This document shows, one piece after another, positions 38,201 to 47,987 of a DNA stretch of 64,000 bases. Origin of the DNA: an uncultured Acidobacteriota bacterium (GTDB lineage: Bacteria; Acidobacteriota; Blastocatellia; Pyrinomonadales; Pyrinomonadaceae); NCBI GenBank assembly GCA_963734445.1, contig CAVTGZ010000003.1:337341-401340 (forward strand). The letters run 5' to 3'. The notes beneath the pieces were generated by a model. It made no database searches. It was not told the DNA's origin and saw nothing but the letters and a program-made list of their open reading frames with translations. The translations under genes and the position numbers were made by a program. How positions within the stretch are numbered: position 1 is the stretch's first letter; every line of letters starts with the position of its first letter.

Positions 38201-39346
38201 CTACTCTAGTACGTGAATGTTCTTTTCGCGGCAGATGTCCTTGAGAATCTTTGGCCAAACCGTGACGCTAACTTCGCCAAGGTGCGCTTTCTGCAAGAGC
38301 AACATCACCGTGCGCGATTGGCCGATGCCGCCGCCGATACTGAGCGGCAACTCGTTGTTAATGATCGCGCGGTGATACGGCAGCTTCAGAAAATCGGTCT
38401 GTCCGGTAATTTCAAGTTGTTGCTTGAGCGTGTCGGCGTTGACCCGAACGCCCATCGAGCTGAGCTCATGACGCCGGCGTGTGACCGGATTCCACACGAG
38501 GATGTCGCCGTTCAATCCGTGCATTGAGTTGCCGTTGTCGGGAACCGTCTCCGTGACCCAGTCGTCGTAATCGGCGGCGCGCATCTCGTGCGGATAACCG
38601 TCTTTTAGCACCCAGCCGATGCCGTAGATGAATACCGCCGGGAACTCCTGAAGGATCGCCGTCTCGCGCGCTTTGCGCGGCAGGTTCGGATAACGATCAA
38701 GAATTTCTTCCGCATGCAGGAATTTCAGCTCGTCCGGCAGCCGTGGATACTTGTCCGTCTTCAACTGCGGAAACAATCCGTGAATGTATACTTCAGCGCC
38801 CTTGATCACTTTCCAGATCGACTCGACGGTTTGGCGCAGGAACTTCAGGTTGCGCTGTTCGGCTGTGATCACTTTCTCCCAATCCCACTGATCGACATAA
38901 GCGCTGTGATCGTGATCGAGAAAATAGTCTTTGCGCACGGCCCGCATGTCGGTAATCAGGCCTTCGCCGACCCGCATGCCGAATTGTTTCAGCGCCACAC
39001 GTTTCCACTTGGTCGCCGCCTGCACGACCTGGGCGTCAACCGGATGCAGATTACGATCATTACTGATGTGAAACTGGATGGGTGTGCGCGAGCCGTCGCG
39101 ATCCAGGTAATCGTTCACTCCGCTCTCAACGTCGACGATCAAAGGTACCTCAACGCGCATCAGCTTTAGTTCGCGACAAAGGTTGTCTTCGATGTAACGC
39201 TTGACCAGGGTAATTGCTTCCTGGGTAAGTTTGGGATCAAGCAGTGCGGTGTAGTCGTCAGGCAGGACATTCCGCAACGCATCATAATTTCCAATTCCTG
39301 GACCCGCCAAATCAGCGGTCTTGTCCAGCGTCATCGTCGTGCTCAT
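38201..39346 (-). CDS. asnA: aspartate--ammonia ligase (asparagine synthetase A)
   Basis: QAATKWKRVAL, DHDHSAYVDQWDWEKVI and LSIGGGIGQSRTVMLLL. ATG 39346 (MSTTMTL). Confidence 0.9.
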   Translation of the reverse strand: MSTTMTLDKTADLAGPGIGNYDALRNVLPDDYTALLDPKLTQEAITLVKRYIEDNLCRELKLMRVEVPLIVDVESGVNDYLDRDGSRTPIQFHISNDRNLHPVDAQVVQAATKWKRVALKQFGMRVGEGLITDMRAVRKDYFLDHDHSAYVDQWDWEKVITAEQRNLKFLRQTVESIWKVIKGAEVYIHGLFPQLKTDKYPRLPDELKFLHAEEILDRYPNLPRKARETAILQEFPAVFIYGIGWVLKDGYPHEMRAADYDDWVTETVPDNGNSMHGLNGDILVWNPVTRRRHELSSMGVRVNADTLKQQLEITGQTDFLKLPYHRAIINNELPLSIGGGIGQSRTVMLLLQKAHLGEVSVTVWPKILKDICREKNIHVLE

Positions 39347-39526
39347 CTCGTTCACCTCAGAATTAAGATATGGATTTCGGGCAGACTTTCGTCGGGGATG
39401 CCGCAAGGAATATGCCGCGTCGAGGCTGGTTAATTTTGCTTAGTGAAAGAGAGAGAATGACGTTTGCGATGCGGAAAGTTGCGCCATCAAATGCGGGAAA
39501 CTGCGCATGAGCTTGGGAAGATCGAC

Positions 39527-39601
39527 GGCGTTAGAGCCGGCTTTAGCCGGGCATTAGTGGTAGGCACAAAAACCCAACTAAAGTTGGTGTTCTAACGCCG
39601 G
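39527..39601. repeat. Family C element C1 (GGCGTTAGAG ... TTCTAACGCC with internal CCGGCTTTAGCCGG and CCAACTAAAGTTGG hairpins)
   Basis: The ends are reverse complements. There are two internal 14-nt hairpins. Confidence 0.7.
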
Positions 39602-39623
39602 TGATACTCAGCGCCGCGATTTA

Positions 39624-42383
39624 TTAGCCGTTTTTCGGGGATCGCTTCGCTTGGTTGCTGGAAGCTTTCTTATCTTCGCTGCGCGCTATGACTGACTTGG
39701 CTTTGTGCAGCAGCGCCTGGGCCCACACAAACTCAGTCGCCAGAATAGCCAGGCCCAAAGGGATGACGATGAACGCAGGCCCCGGCAACACGATCATTGC
39801 GATGCCGATCAGCAACACCGTAAAGCCGGCGATCGCTACGAACACCCTGCGAATCAACTTAAGCCTAAAAGCTGTGCTCATCCTGGTCAAAATATTTCCG
39901 TCGGTTTCTGACTGCATGGCAACCAAACGGCTGTAGGTTTCGGCCGCGGCCCAGCTAACCAAAACTGCGCCCGCCAACCAAACAAACGCGGCGGCGGGCA
40001 GTGATTCGAGGCCCAGAAGCACGCGCAAACCCGGAACCAATACGGTCGCCAGTTGCAACGCGACACCCAACACTACGGATAGATGCAGCGCCAGGTTCAT
40101 TTGTAGTTTGCCGGAAATGCGCCGCGCCGGATAAGCGAACATAAGCTGCCCAATCGTCATGTAGAGAAAGAGCAAAGTCCGGCTGCTGGTTGGCCCATAA
40201 CCATACTTTGGCAGGCCCAGCAGTAGCGCGCCGCCGATCACCGCCTTGAAAGTTCCCGTGATCAGAATGAATCCAAGCGACTGCCGATCGAGCAGCGGCG
40301 ATCGCGGATCGCGCGGCGGCCGGTTCAGCGTATTTGCATCACGATCCAGCCCCAGCGCCAACGCCGGCGGCCCGTCCGTGACAACGTTCACCCAGAGCAG
40401 CTGTGCCGCAGTCAACGGCAGAAACAAACCACCCGATTCATCGTGCAGACCCATGAAGTAGGATCCGATCAAACCGCCCACGACAATCAGAGTTTCCGAA
40501 AGATTGGTCGAGAACAGGAAGCGAATGAACTTCTGAATATTCTCGTAGATGTTCCGGCCCTCTTTGATCGCGGCCACGATCGTGGCGAAGTTGTCGTCGA
40601 GCAGAACCAGATCCGCAACCTCGCGCGATACGTCGCTGCCGCGCTCGCCCATGGCGACGCCTACGTCAGATCGTTTCAGGGCCGGAGCATCGTTCACGCC
40701 GTCGCCGGTCACCGCCACGATCTCGCCGTTGGCTTTAAGAGCTTCCACCAGACGCAGTTTGTCCTGGGGCGCCACACGCGCGAACACGTTTGCTTCTTTA
40801 ACAGCGTGTTTCAGTTCTGCCGGCGAAAGCGTCTCGAGATCGACACCAGTCATCACGCGGCCCGGTTCGATCCCTACTTCATTGGCCACCGCCAGGGCCG
40901 TCGCGGGATGATCGCCCGTAACCATGACGACGCGAATGCCCGCGGCGCGCGCCTGGCGAATGGCTTCGGCGACTTCCGGCCGGGGTGGATCCCAGAGCAA
41001 AACGAGCCCCAGGAAATTCAAATCCACTTCGCCCTCACCGGCGCGCGTGGCCAGCGCAATCACGCGAAATCCTTCGACAGCGTATCCTTCGGCCTTCTCT
41101 TCCCAACTTCGCAGCTCGGCTGCTGGCAGTTGACTCCGTTCCAGCAGAACTTCCGGCGCGCCTTTGAGATAACTAACCAGTCGGCCATTCTCTTCAACCG
41201 TTGCGCGCATGAATCTATGCGTGCTTTCGAAAGGAAGAACGCTTTGCCGCGGATGAGCGCGAATCAGTTCGCGAACTTCGATGCCCTGCGTCTGAGCGTA
41301 GTCAAGCAAGGAGATTTCCAGCGGATCGCCGGCGCCGACTCCGGGTTCAGCATCGTTTGCGAAGATCATCGCTCGCAACGCAGCGTCGGTGTCCAGGCTA
41401 TCGACGTCCTTGACGCGCATACGGTTTTCGGTGAGGGTGCCCGTCTTGTCGGTTGCGATCACGGTCACTGAGCCGAGCCCTTCGACCGCACTCAAACGGC
41501 GCACGACGGCTTTCTGTTTCGCCATCCGTTCAACGCCCAGCGCCAAGGTCAGCGTGAGCACGGCCGGTAAGCCTTCGGGAACGGCAGCGACCGCCAGCGC
41601 CACCGCGAAGAGCAGCACATGGCCCATTCCCGACCATCCTTCGATGAAGAGGCCGCCGACTGCAATCGCGCCGGCGAGCAGGAGAATCCAACGCGCGACC
41701 TGCGTGCCGAAGGCTGTCAGCCGTCGCTCAAGCGGAGTCTGTTCCGCTTCGATTGCGCCGATCATTAGGGCGAGACTACCTGCTGTGCTGTTACGGCCGG
41801 TCCGCTCAACTTCCAGGTAACCCTTGCCACGCACCACCAGTGTCGCGCTCAGCAATTCATCCGCGACCGCTTTGTCGATCGGCAAAGACTCGCCCGTGAC
41901 CACCGATTCGTCGACCAGGACCCCGTGTGCCTCAACCAGATGACCGTCAGCAGTCACGCGGTCGCCGGCTTCGACGCGCACCAGATCGCCGGGCACAACT
42001 TCAGCCGAGGGCAAACGCACAATGTGGCCATCGCGCCTCACCCAGACTTGTGATTCGGCCAGAGCTCTTAGTCTTGCGAGCGCAGCTTCTGCTTTACTTT
42101 CCTGATAGACACCCAGGCCGGCGTTCAGAAGGAGGATCACTGCGATGGCAATTGATTCAAACGGCCAGCCAGAATGACCCGCGGCAAACCAGATGGTGAG
42201 ATCAACGGCCAGTGCGAACAGCAGAATGTAAATCAGCGGACTGCGAAATTGATTAGCGAAGCGACGCCACCATGAAAGCGGTGGCGTCTCAGGAAGGACA
42301 TTACGGCCGTGTTCCCGCAAACGTGCGGCGGCTTCGGTGGTAGAGAGACCTCGTTTAGTGAAATCAGAGTTGTTTGCCGCCAT
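39624..42383 (-). CDS. P-type cation-transporting ATPase (P2-like) with C-terminal PGPGW-type membrane extension
   Basis: [19 protein letters not shown] and [13 protein letters not shown]. The last roughly 100 aa carry [25 protein letters not shown] (PF09656-like). Confidence 0.9.
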   Translation of the reverse strand: MAANNSDFTKRGLSTTEAAARLREHGRNVLPETPPLSWWRRFANQFRSPLIYILLFALAVDLTIWFAAGHSGWPFESIAIAVILLLNAGLGVYQESKAEAALARLRALAESQVWVRRDGHIVRLPSAEVVPGDLVRVEAGDRVTADGHLVEAHGVLVDESVVTGESLPIDKAVADELLSATLVVRGKGYLEVERTGRNSTAGSLALMIGAIEAEQTPLERRLTAFGTQVARWILLLAGAIAVGGLFIEGWSGMGHVLLFAVALAVAAVPEGLPAVLTLTLALGVERMAKQKAVVRRLSAVEGLGSVTVIATDKTGTLTENRMRVKDVDSLDTDAALRAMIFANDAEPGVGAGDPLEISLLDYAQTQGIEVRELIRAHPRQSVLPFESTHRFMRATVEENGRLVSYLKGAPEVLLERSQLPAAELRSWEEKAEGYAVEGFRVIALATRAGEGEVDLNFLGLVLLWDPPRPEVAEAIRQARAAGIRVVMVTGDHPATALAVANEVGIEPGRVMTGVDLETLSPAELKHAVKEANVFARVAPQDKLRLVEALKANGEIVAVTGDGVNDAPALKRSDVGVAMGERGSDVSREVADLVLLDDNFATIVAAIKEGRNIYENIQKFIRFLFSTNLSETLIVVGGLIGSYFMGLHDESGGLFLPLTAAQLLWVNVVTDGPPALALGLDRDANTLNRPPRDPRSPLLDRQSLGFILITGTFKAVIGGALLLGLPKYGYGPTSSRTLLFLYMTIGQLMFAYPARRISGKLQMNLALHLSVVLGVALQLATVLVPGLRVLLGLESLPAAAFVWLAGAVLVSWAAAETYSRLVAMQSETDGNILTRMSTAFRLKLIRRVFVAIAGFTVLLIGIAMIVLPGPAFIVIPLGLAILATEFVWAQALLHKAKSVIARSEDKKASSNQAKRSPKNG

Positions 42384-42445
42384 GCGGATCTGTGGCCCTA
42401 TTCAACAGCGCTTGATCCGCTCGCTATCGCTCGCGGTACTGACAC

Positions 42446-43510
42446 TCAGGGCTTCACCGCAACCTTTAGCACGCCGTCGGCTCGGTCTCCAAACAGCTGG
42501 TAGCCTTCTGCGATTTCACTCAGCGAAAAAGTATGCGTCAACAGCGGCGTCAGATCGACCCGGCCGGTGCGCACTACTTCCATCAGCCGACGCATGCGCT
42601 CTTTGCCGCCGGGACACAGCGTCGTTACGATCCGATGATCGCCGATGCCCGCCGCGAAAGCGTCATAAGGAACTTGCAGCTTGCCGGAATAGACGCCCAG
42701 ACTGGACAAGGTGCCGCCGGGACGTAAACAGCGCAAAGCACTTTCAAAGGTTTGCTGCGTTCCGAGCGCTTCAATCGATACATCAGCCCCATCGCCCGTC
42801 AGCTTCTTTACTTCAGCGATTGGATCGCACTGGCGATAATCAAGCACGACGTCAGCGCCCATGCGTTTGGACATCGCCAGCCGGTTATCGTCGCCATCGA
42901 CTCCGATGACGAGCGCGGCACCCATCAACTTTGCTCCCGCGGTCGCGCACAAACCAATTGGACCTTGCGCGAAGACAACTACCGCGTCGCCAATCTTGAT
43001 CTGTCCGGACTCAGCACCACTGAATCCGGTCGAAGCGATGTCGGCGAGCAGCACCACCTGCTCGTCCGTCAGCTCGTCGGGAATCTTCGCCAGGTTCGCC
43101 TGCGCATGAGGGATCAGCAGATACTCGGCCTGCGCGCCATTGATCGTATTGCCGAATCGCCATCCACCGAGTGCTTCATAGCCCTCGCCGTGTCCGCACT
43201 GCGACAGATGGCCGGACAAACAGGCGCGGCACTGGCCGCAGGGAGTGATCGCGCCCACCAGTACGCGATCGCCGACTTTGTATCCGGTCACACCTTCACC
43301 CAGCTCATCGATCACGCCGACAGGCTCGTGGCCGATGACGAGGCCCGGCTTCACCGGATATTCGCCGCGGACGATGTGCAGGTCTGTGCCGCAAATCGTG
43401 GTGAGCGTCACGCGGATCACAGCTTCGCCAACTCCGGCGCGCGGTCGATCGACCTCTTCGACTCGAATATCGTCTTTACCGTGAAAGACAGTGGCTTTCA
43501 TTTTTGCCAT
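42446..43510 (-). CDS. zinc-dependent alcohol dehydrogenase (MDR family)
   Basis: ICGTDLH, GHEPVGVIDELGEGV, CGQCRACLSG and VFAQGPIGL. AGAGGA lies 8 nt upstream of ATG 43510. Confidence 0.85.
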   Translation of the reverse strand: MAKMKATVFHGKDDIRVEEVDRPRAGVGEAVIRVTLTTICGTDLHIVRGEYPVKPGLVIGHEPVGVIDELGEGVTGYKVGDRVLVGAITPCGQCRACLSGHLSQCGHGEGYEALGGWRFGNTINGAQAEYLLIPHAQANLAKIPDELTDEQVVLLADIASTGFSGAESGQIKIGDAVVVFAQGPIGLCATAGAKLMGAALVIGVDGDDNRLAMSKRMGADVVLDYRQCDPIAEVKKLTGDGADVSIEALGTQQTFESALRCLRPGGTLSSLGVYSGKLQVPYDAFAAGIGDHRIVTTLCPGGKERMRRLMEVVRTGRVDLTPLLTHTFSLSEIAEGYQLFGDRADGVLKVAVKP

Positions 43511-43540
43511 GAACAATTTCCTCTTTCGATCTTTGATTCA

Positions 43541-43697
43541 TTCCCTCTCCCCCTGGGAGAGGGTTAGGGTGAGGGCTTACCGCGACGTACCTCTATTTGC
43601 TTTTCACTATCGCGCGGCTGAGCCGCGCGCAGGAAATTCAAAACTTATTTTCTCCTCAAACCCTCACCCCGGCCCTCTCCCAAAGGGAGAGGGAGAC
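43541..43697. repeat. Family E element E2
   Basis: TTCCCTCTCCCCCTGGGAGAGGGTTAGGGTGAGGGC (left) and CCCTCACCCCGGCCCTCTCCCAAAGGGAGAGGGAGA (right) are inverted. Internal GC hairpin CGCGCGGC-TGA-GCCGCGCG at 43611..43629. Confidence 0.8.
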
Positions 43698-43947
43698 AAC
43701 CTGCATTTCGATAGGTGGTCAGCTCCAACCGAACCCATTGCGCACGAGTTGTGCCAGCAACCAAGCCCCAGTTTGTCTTTGCTCTGCGCCTGGCCCGCTG
43801 AATGTGGTGCGCAGTTTTAGCCTGCACCGCGAACTTTTCCGCAGAATCTGACGCCGCGCCCTCGAAAACGCGAACAATTGCGCCGCCGCGCAAGGGTACA
43901 AAGCTTGCCCCCTTTCATCCATAAAGAAATGTCGAGGAGGGACGATC

Positions 43948-44922
43948 ATGAAACTGCTCATTGCTTACGATGGTTCTGAGTGCGCCGACTCAGCTCTTGA
44001 CGATCTAACGCATGCCGGATTGCCGCCGCAGGGCGAGGCGCTGGTAATGAGCGTCGCTGAGGTCTGGCTGCCGCCACCGCCGCCTTCGTCTTACGAGATT
44101 GTCGAACTCGCCGCGACCGCCAAAGATCCGATGGCCCTCGAACGCAAGTACATGGAGGGTTCAAAGGCCGTGGAAGATTCCAACGCATTAGCCGCGAAAG
44201 CGGCCGCGCGCTTCCAGGCGAACTTTCCCGCCTGGAAAGTAAAGCACGAATCGGTTTGGGGCTCGCCTAACTGGGAACTGTTTTCCAAAGCTGAAGACTG
44301 GCAGGCAGATCTAATCGTCGTCGGCTCGCATGGACGAACTGCGCTGCGCCGTCTCTTCCTTGGCAGTATCTCGCAATGGCTTTTGAATGAAGCCCGTTGT
44401 TCGGTGCGCGTTGCACGCGGCAAACTTGATGAACCTGATTTTCCTGTGCGGCTGATGGTGGGCATCGATGGTTCGAAGAACGCAAATCTCGCCCTCGAAG
44501 AAGTGGCCGCACGCCGCTGGCCTGACAAGAGCGAGATTCGCGTCGTGGTGGTTGATCAACCGCTCGAGCCGACCGCAGTCGGTGAATTGATTCCCGGGGT
44601 AAGGCGTTCTCTCGCGGAAACTAACGCCGAGGAAAGTGAGCATTCACGCCGGCTCGCCGCAGCGGGCGCGAAGAAACTCAAAGCCAAAGGACTGCGCGCT
44701 GAGCCCTGGGTGTTGAGCGGCGATCCGAAACACGAGTTGGTCCGCGCCGCCGAAGAGTGGCGGGCTGACTGTATCTTTCTCGGGGCGACAGGCCTGACGA
44801 ATCGTGTACAAAGATTTCTGCTCGGCAGCACGGCCGGCGCTGTCGCGGCCCGCGCGCACTGCTCAATTGAAATTGTGCGCCGCCGAAGACGAAGGCGAAA
44901 GACCAACGGCAATGGAAAGTGA
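43948..44922 (+). CDS. tandem universal stress protein (two UspA domains)
   Basis: MKLLIAYDGSECADSAL, DLIVVGSHGRTALRRLFLGSISQWLLNEARCSVRV and DCIFLGATGLTNRVQRFLLGSTAGAVAARAHCSIEIV. Confidence 0.8.
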   Translation: MKLLIAYDGSECADSALDDLTHAGLPPQGEALVMSVAEVWLPPPPPSSYEIVELAATAKDPMALERKYMEGSKAVEDSNALAAKAAARFQANFPAWKVKHESVWGSPNWELFSKAEDWQADLIVVGSHGRTALRRLFLGSISQWLLNEARCSVRVARGKLDEPDFPVRLMVGIDGSKNANLALEEVAARRWPDKSEIRVVVVDQPLEPTAVGELIPGVRRSLAETNAEESEHSRRLAAAGAKKLKAKGLRAEPWVLSGDPKHELVRAAEEWRADCIFLGATGLTNRVQRFLLGSTAGAVAARAHCSIEIVRRRRRRRKTNGNGK

Positions 44923-44983
44923 TAAGGACTTTTTGAGCGGACCCTGTTGATGCCGGCTGGGGCGTGGGAAAAGGAGAATGATC

Positions 44984-45886
44984 ATGGCAACCGACAACTT
45001 GCTTTCTGATGTGCCACCGTTAGAGTTGCGTGACGTATCAGTGAGCTTCGACGACCAGCCTGTTCTTAGTCATATTAACCTGCGACTGGAGCGCGGCGAG
45101 ATGGTTTTCATCACCGGCGTTTCCGGCTCAGGCAAATCGGTCCTGATGCATCTGGCAATCGGATTACTTCTGCCGGATACTGGCCAAGTCCTGATTGAAG
45201 GTCGCGACCTGGCTCAACTGGACGAATCTGAACTTCTCGATCTGCGCAGCAGTCGGATGGGCATCGTATTCCAGGAAGACTCTTTGTTTACCGGAATCAG
45301 CGTGTACGAGAATGCGGCTTACCGGTTGGAAGAGCACCAGGTCGGCGCCGAAGAAACCGACAAGGCGGTTGAGGAAGTCCTGCGATTCGTAGGACTCGAG
45401 GAGGATGAGGAAAAGTATCCTTCTGAGTTATCGGGTGGAATGCGTCGTCGGCTGGAAATTGCGCGCGCGCTAATCGGCTGGCCACTGATCATGCTGTTCG
45501 ACGAACCCGCGGCGGGACTCGATCCGCTCACCGCGGACAAGGTCCTGGATTTGATAATTCGCGCGCGCGATATTCACGGCATCTCGTCGCTTTACGTTAC
45601 GAAGAAGCTCGATGAAATTCCCTATCTGGCAGAGCACCGAGCCCGAGAAACCGCCGACGGCATCATGATTGAGGATGTCGGATCAGCAGCTGACGCGCCG
45701 GCCACGCGCGTCATTGTGCTCGACGGCGGCCGCATTGTGTTTAGTGGCAGCGTCGCGGAATTTGAAAGCAGTTCGCTGCCCATGGTGACGCGTCTCACGA
45801 AACCCGAAAGCGGAACAGTCATCGCCGGCCTGGCGGTTGCGGATCCCTGGGACAAGAGCCGGCAACCCCTGGAAAAAATTCTTTAG
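44984..45886 (+). CDS. ABC transporter ATP-binding protein (MlaF-like)
   Basis: Walker A GVSGSGKS, signature LSGGMRRR and Walker B LIMLFDEP. AAGGAG lies 7 nt upstream of ATG 44984. Confidence 0.85.
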   Translation: MATDNLLSDVPPLELRDVSVSFDDQPVLSHINLRLERGEMVFITGVSGSGKSVLMHLAIGLLLPDTGQVLIEGRDLAQLDESELLDLRSSRMGIVFQEDSLFTGISVYENAAYRLEEHQVGAEETDKAVEEVLRFVGLEEDEEKYPSELSGGMRRRLEIARALIGWPLIMLFDEPAAGLDPLTADKVLDLIIRARDIHGISSLYVTKKLDEIPYLAEHRARETADGIMIEDVGSAADAPATRVIVLDGGRIVFSGSVAEFESSSLPMVTRLTKPESGTVIAGLAVADPWDKSRQPLEKIL

Positions 45887-46029
45887 GAGTTTTAGTGAGT
45901 TCATTCGTGGCCACTGTTGTGAGATGTGATCACGTCAAGTTGATCACGACCTCACACCGGCACGGAGGTAGTGGTCAGTTAGTGTGTTGCCGTTGTGCGT
46001 GATAACAGAATAGCTTGAGAAACGCTTCA

Positions 46030-46183
46030 GTCCCGTAGGGACGAAACATTTATAGTCCACTGGCCTTACTATGATTGAGTAAGCTCCGGAGGAGCGAAAT
46101 TATCGAGTCAGTCACATTTCGCTCCCTGGAGCCAGGGTTGTTGGAGCAGCTTTATTGCTATAAATATCCGGCTCCTGCGGAGC
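46030..46183. repeat. Family G nested palindromic block (four hairpin+ATTTATAG-type units, ++--)
   Basis: GTCCCGTAGGGACGAAACATTTATAG (46030..46055), GCTCCGGAGGAGCGAAATTATCG (46083..46105), ACATTTCGCTCCCTGGAGC (46114..46132) and CTATAAATATCCGGCTCCTGCGGAGC (46159..46183). Confidence 0.7.
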
Positions 46184-46308
46184 TAAACGACCGCGACGGA
46201 TGGTCGTTCCTTGAACATTGGCGACACTATTATCTCAGCAACACACCAACGGAGCGCTACGGGAATTCTGCTCGACATCCAACCTTTTTCTGATCAATAT
46301 ACCCGCGC

Positions 46309-47934
46309 ATGAATCTTCAATTTCTTAGTTCGCCTCTGGCTTTCATTGAAAACCTGATCGACGATGAGGCCGCCGCCGTTTTGAGCGACTACGAATCGTG
46401 GTGGCTCGCAGAGGGCATGTCGATCTCTGAATCGGTCGATCGCGCCGGGACGCCGCATCTGCGCATGTTCGATCAAATCGGCCATCGCGTTGATGAGCTT
46501 CTGTTCCAGCCTGAGTATTGGAAGATGCTGAGAAAGGGTTACGAGACGGGCTCGCTTTGGCGCGCGTTCGCCGGCAATTCGCTCAAGACGCATTACCTGA
46601 TCGATTACGTCACTTGCTTCTTCGATGCCGGCCTCGGCTGTCCTCACATTGTTTCGCTATCGACGACGGTGCCGCTGAAAAAGTACGGCACGCCGGAACT
46701 GCAAGAACGGTTTTTGCTGCCCCTGCTGCGCCGCGACGGAACGAACTGGCAGGGCGCGACGTGGATGACTGAAGTTAAAGGCGGTTCGGATCTGGGCGCG
46801 AACGTCGAGACGGTCGCGCGCCCAACGGGAGATCATTGGCTCCTCACGGGTGACAAGTATTTCGCCAGCAACGTCGGCGCGGAAGTAGCGATCGTGGCCG
46901 CGCGTCCCGAAGGCGCACCCACCGGACCTAAAGGTCTGGCCCTCTTTCTCGTGCCGCGCTATCGCTCAGATTTTCACGGCGTAGCCGTGACAGATAGTAG
47001 CCGGCGGCAAGCCGGGGTCCCCCAGCGGGGCATCCCCGCTGGGGTGGAAGTGCGAAGCACGCCGCCCCCGGAACCCCTCCCATTAATGATTCCCCAGCCC
47101 GATTTAGCGGGAGTCAACAAGGGATCAGATCTCAACTACTTCATTCGCCGCCTCAAGCCAAAGATAGGTACGCGTTCGGTGCCCACCGGTGAAGTCGAGC
47201 TACGTGACAGCGAAGCTTATCTCCTCGGCAAACCCGAGTGGGGCATCTATCTGATTCTTGAATCGCTGAATCTCTCGCGGGTCGGCAACATCGTCGGCAG
47301 CGTGGCCCTGGCCCAGCGAGCGCTCGCCGACGCACTCACCTTCGCCGAAACCCGCGTCGCGTTTGGCCGTCCCATCGTCGAGCATCCACTGCTCCGTCGT
47401 CAGTTCGCGGAACGGTTCGCGCAACTGAGTGACGCGCGCGCCCTGATGTGGGAAGCAATTCAGCTACTTGAAGAAGTCTGGCAAGAGACACCGCGGGACA
47501 AGTCGAACGAACATTCAGGTTATTCAGATCGCTATCACCTGTTTCGGCTGGTCACGCATCTGGCGAAGTACTGGACGGCCGAGCTGGCAGTCCAGTTCGC
47601 CAAGTGGAACATGGAAGTGCACGGCGGTATGGGCGTGCTCGCGGAGTACTCGGCCGAGCGTTGGCTGCGCGAAGCTATGATTCTGCCCATCTGGGAAGGC
47701 ACGCCGCATCGCCAGATGCTCGATGGCCTGGAAGTGATGGAACGCAAGCGCGCGCATGAGTTGCTCTTTGAGCATCTCGCGCCGCACGCGGATCCTTCGG
47801 AGCTTCAGAACATCTCTTCCCGAATCGAAAATCATTTGCGGCTGCCACCGGAAGAAAAGGAAGCGGGTATTGAATCTGTCTTCAACGAACTGGCGGCATT
47901 CACTGCGCGGACATTGGCGAGAAAGTATCCATGA
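46309..47934 (+). CDS. acyl-CoA dehydrogenase family protein (AidB-like) carrying an in-frame 53-codon insertion
   Basis: GATWMTEVKGGSDLG, GDKYFASNV, LFLVPR, RRLKPKIGTRSVPTGEVEL and EVHGGMGV. See the insertion at 46972..47124. Confidence 0.85.
   Translation: MNLQFLSSPLAFIENLIDDEAAAVLSDYESWWLAEGMSISESVDRAGTPHLRMFDQIGHRVDELLFQPEYWKMLRKGYETGSLWRAFAGNSLKTHYLIDYVTCFFDAGLGCPHIVSLSTTVPLKKYGTPELQERFLLPLLRRDGTNWQGATWMTEVKGGSDLGANVETVARPTGDHWLLTGDKYFASNVGAEVAIVAARPEGAPTGPKGLALFLVPRYRSDFHGVAVTDSSRRQAGVPQRGIPAGVEVRSTPPPEPLPLMIPQPDLAGVNKGSDLNYFIRRLKPKIGTRSVPTGEVELRDSEAYLLGKPEWGIYLILESLNLSRVGNIVGSVALAQRALADALTFAETRVAFGRPIVEHPLLRRQFAERFAQLSDARALMWEAIQLLEEVWQETPRDKSNEHSGYSDRYHLFRLVTHLAKYWTAELAVQFAKWNMEVHGGMGVLAEYSAERWLREAMILPIWEGTPHRQMLDGLEVMERKRAHELLFEHLAPHADPSELQNISSRIENHLRLPPEEKEAGIESVFNELAAFTARTLARKYP
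46972..47124 (-). mobile_element. Family F repeat inserted in frame in the ACAD gene, flanked by direct repeat TCAGAT (46966..46971 and 47125..47130)
   Basis: Collinear with the reverse complement of 51094..51199 (TCACGGCrTAGCCGTGACAGATAkTAGCCGG ... CCCCCGGA ... TTTAGCGGG). Perfect hairpin CCCCAGCGGGG-CAT-CCCCGCTGGGG at 47020..47044. The direct repeats are 159 nt apart. Confidence 0.7.
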
Positions 47935-47987
47935 CCCGTGCGGCCAGTGAACTAATTTGACCAATAATCTATCTGGCTCATCCAATC

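Noticed and set aside
40443-41471. 342-aa ORF on the plus strand
   Set aside because: It is entirely antisense to the well-supported P-type ATPase gene. It has an Arg/Ala/His-rich nonsense composition, a typical shadow ORF in GC-rich DNA.
42752-43567. 271-aa ORF on the plus strand
   Set aside because: It is antisense to the zinc alcohol dehydrogenase and runs into repeat E2. Shadow ORF.
43491-43851. ORFs 43491..43820 and 43597..43851 (translations such as SPWERVRVRA and PLPKGEGD)
   Set aside because: These are translations of the family E repeat, and the same peptides arise from the copy at 34421..34582. Not genes.
46075-46293. 72-aa ORF upstream of the ACAD gene
   Set aside because: It is composed of family G hairpin units.
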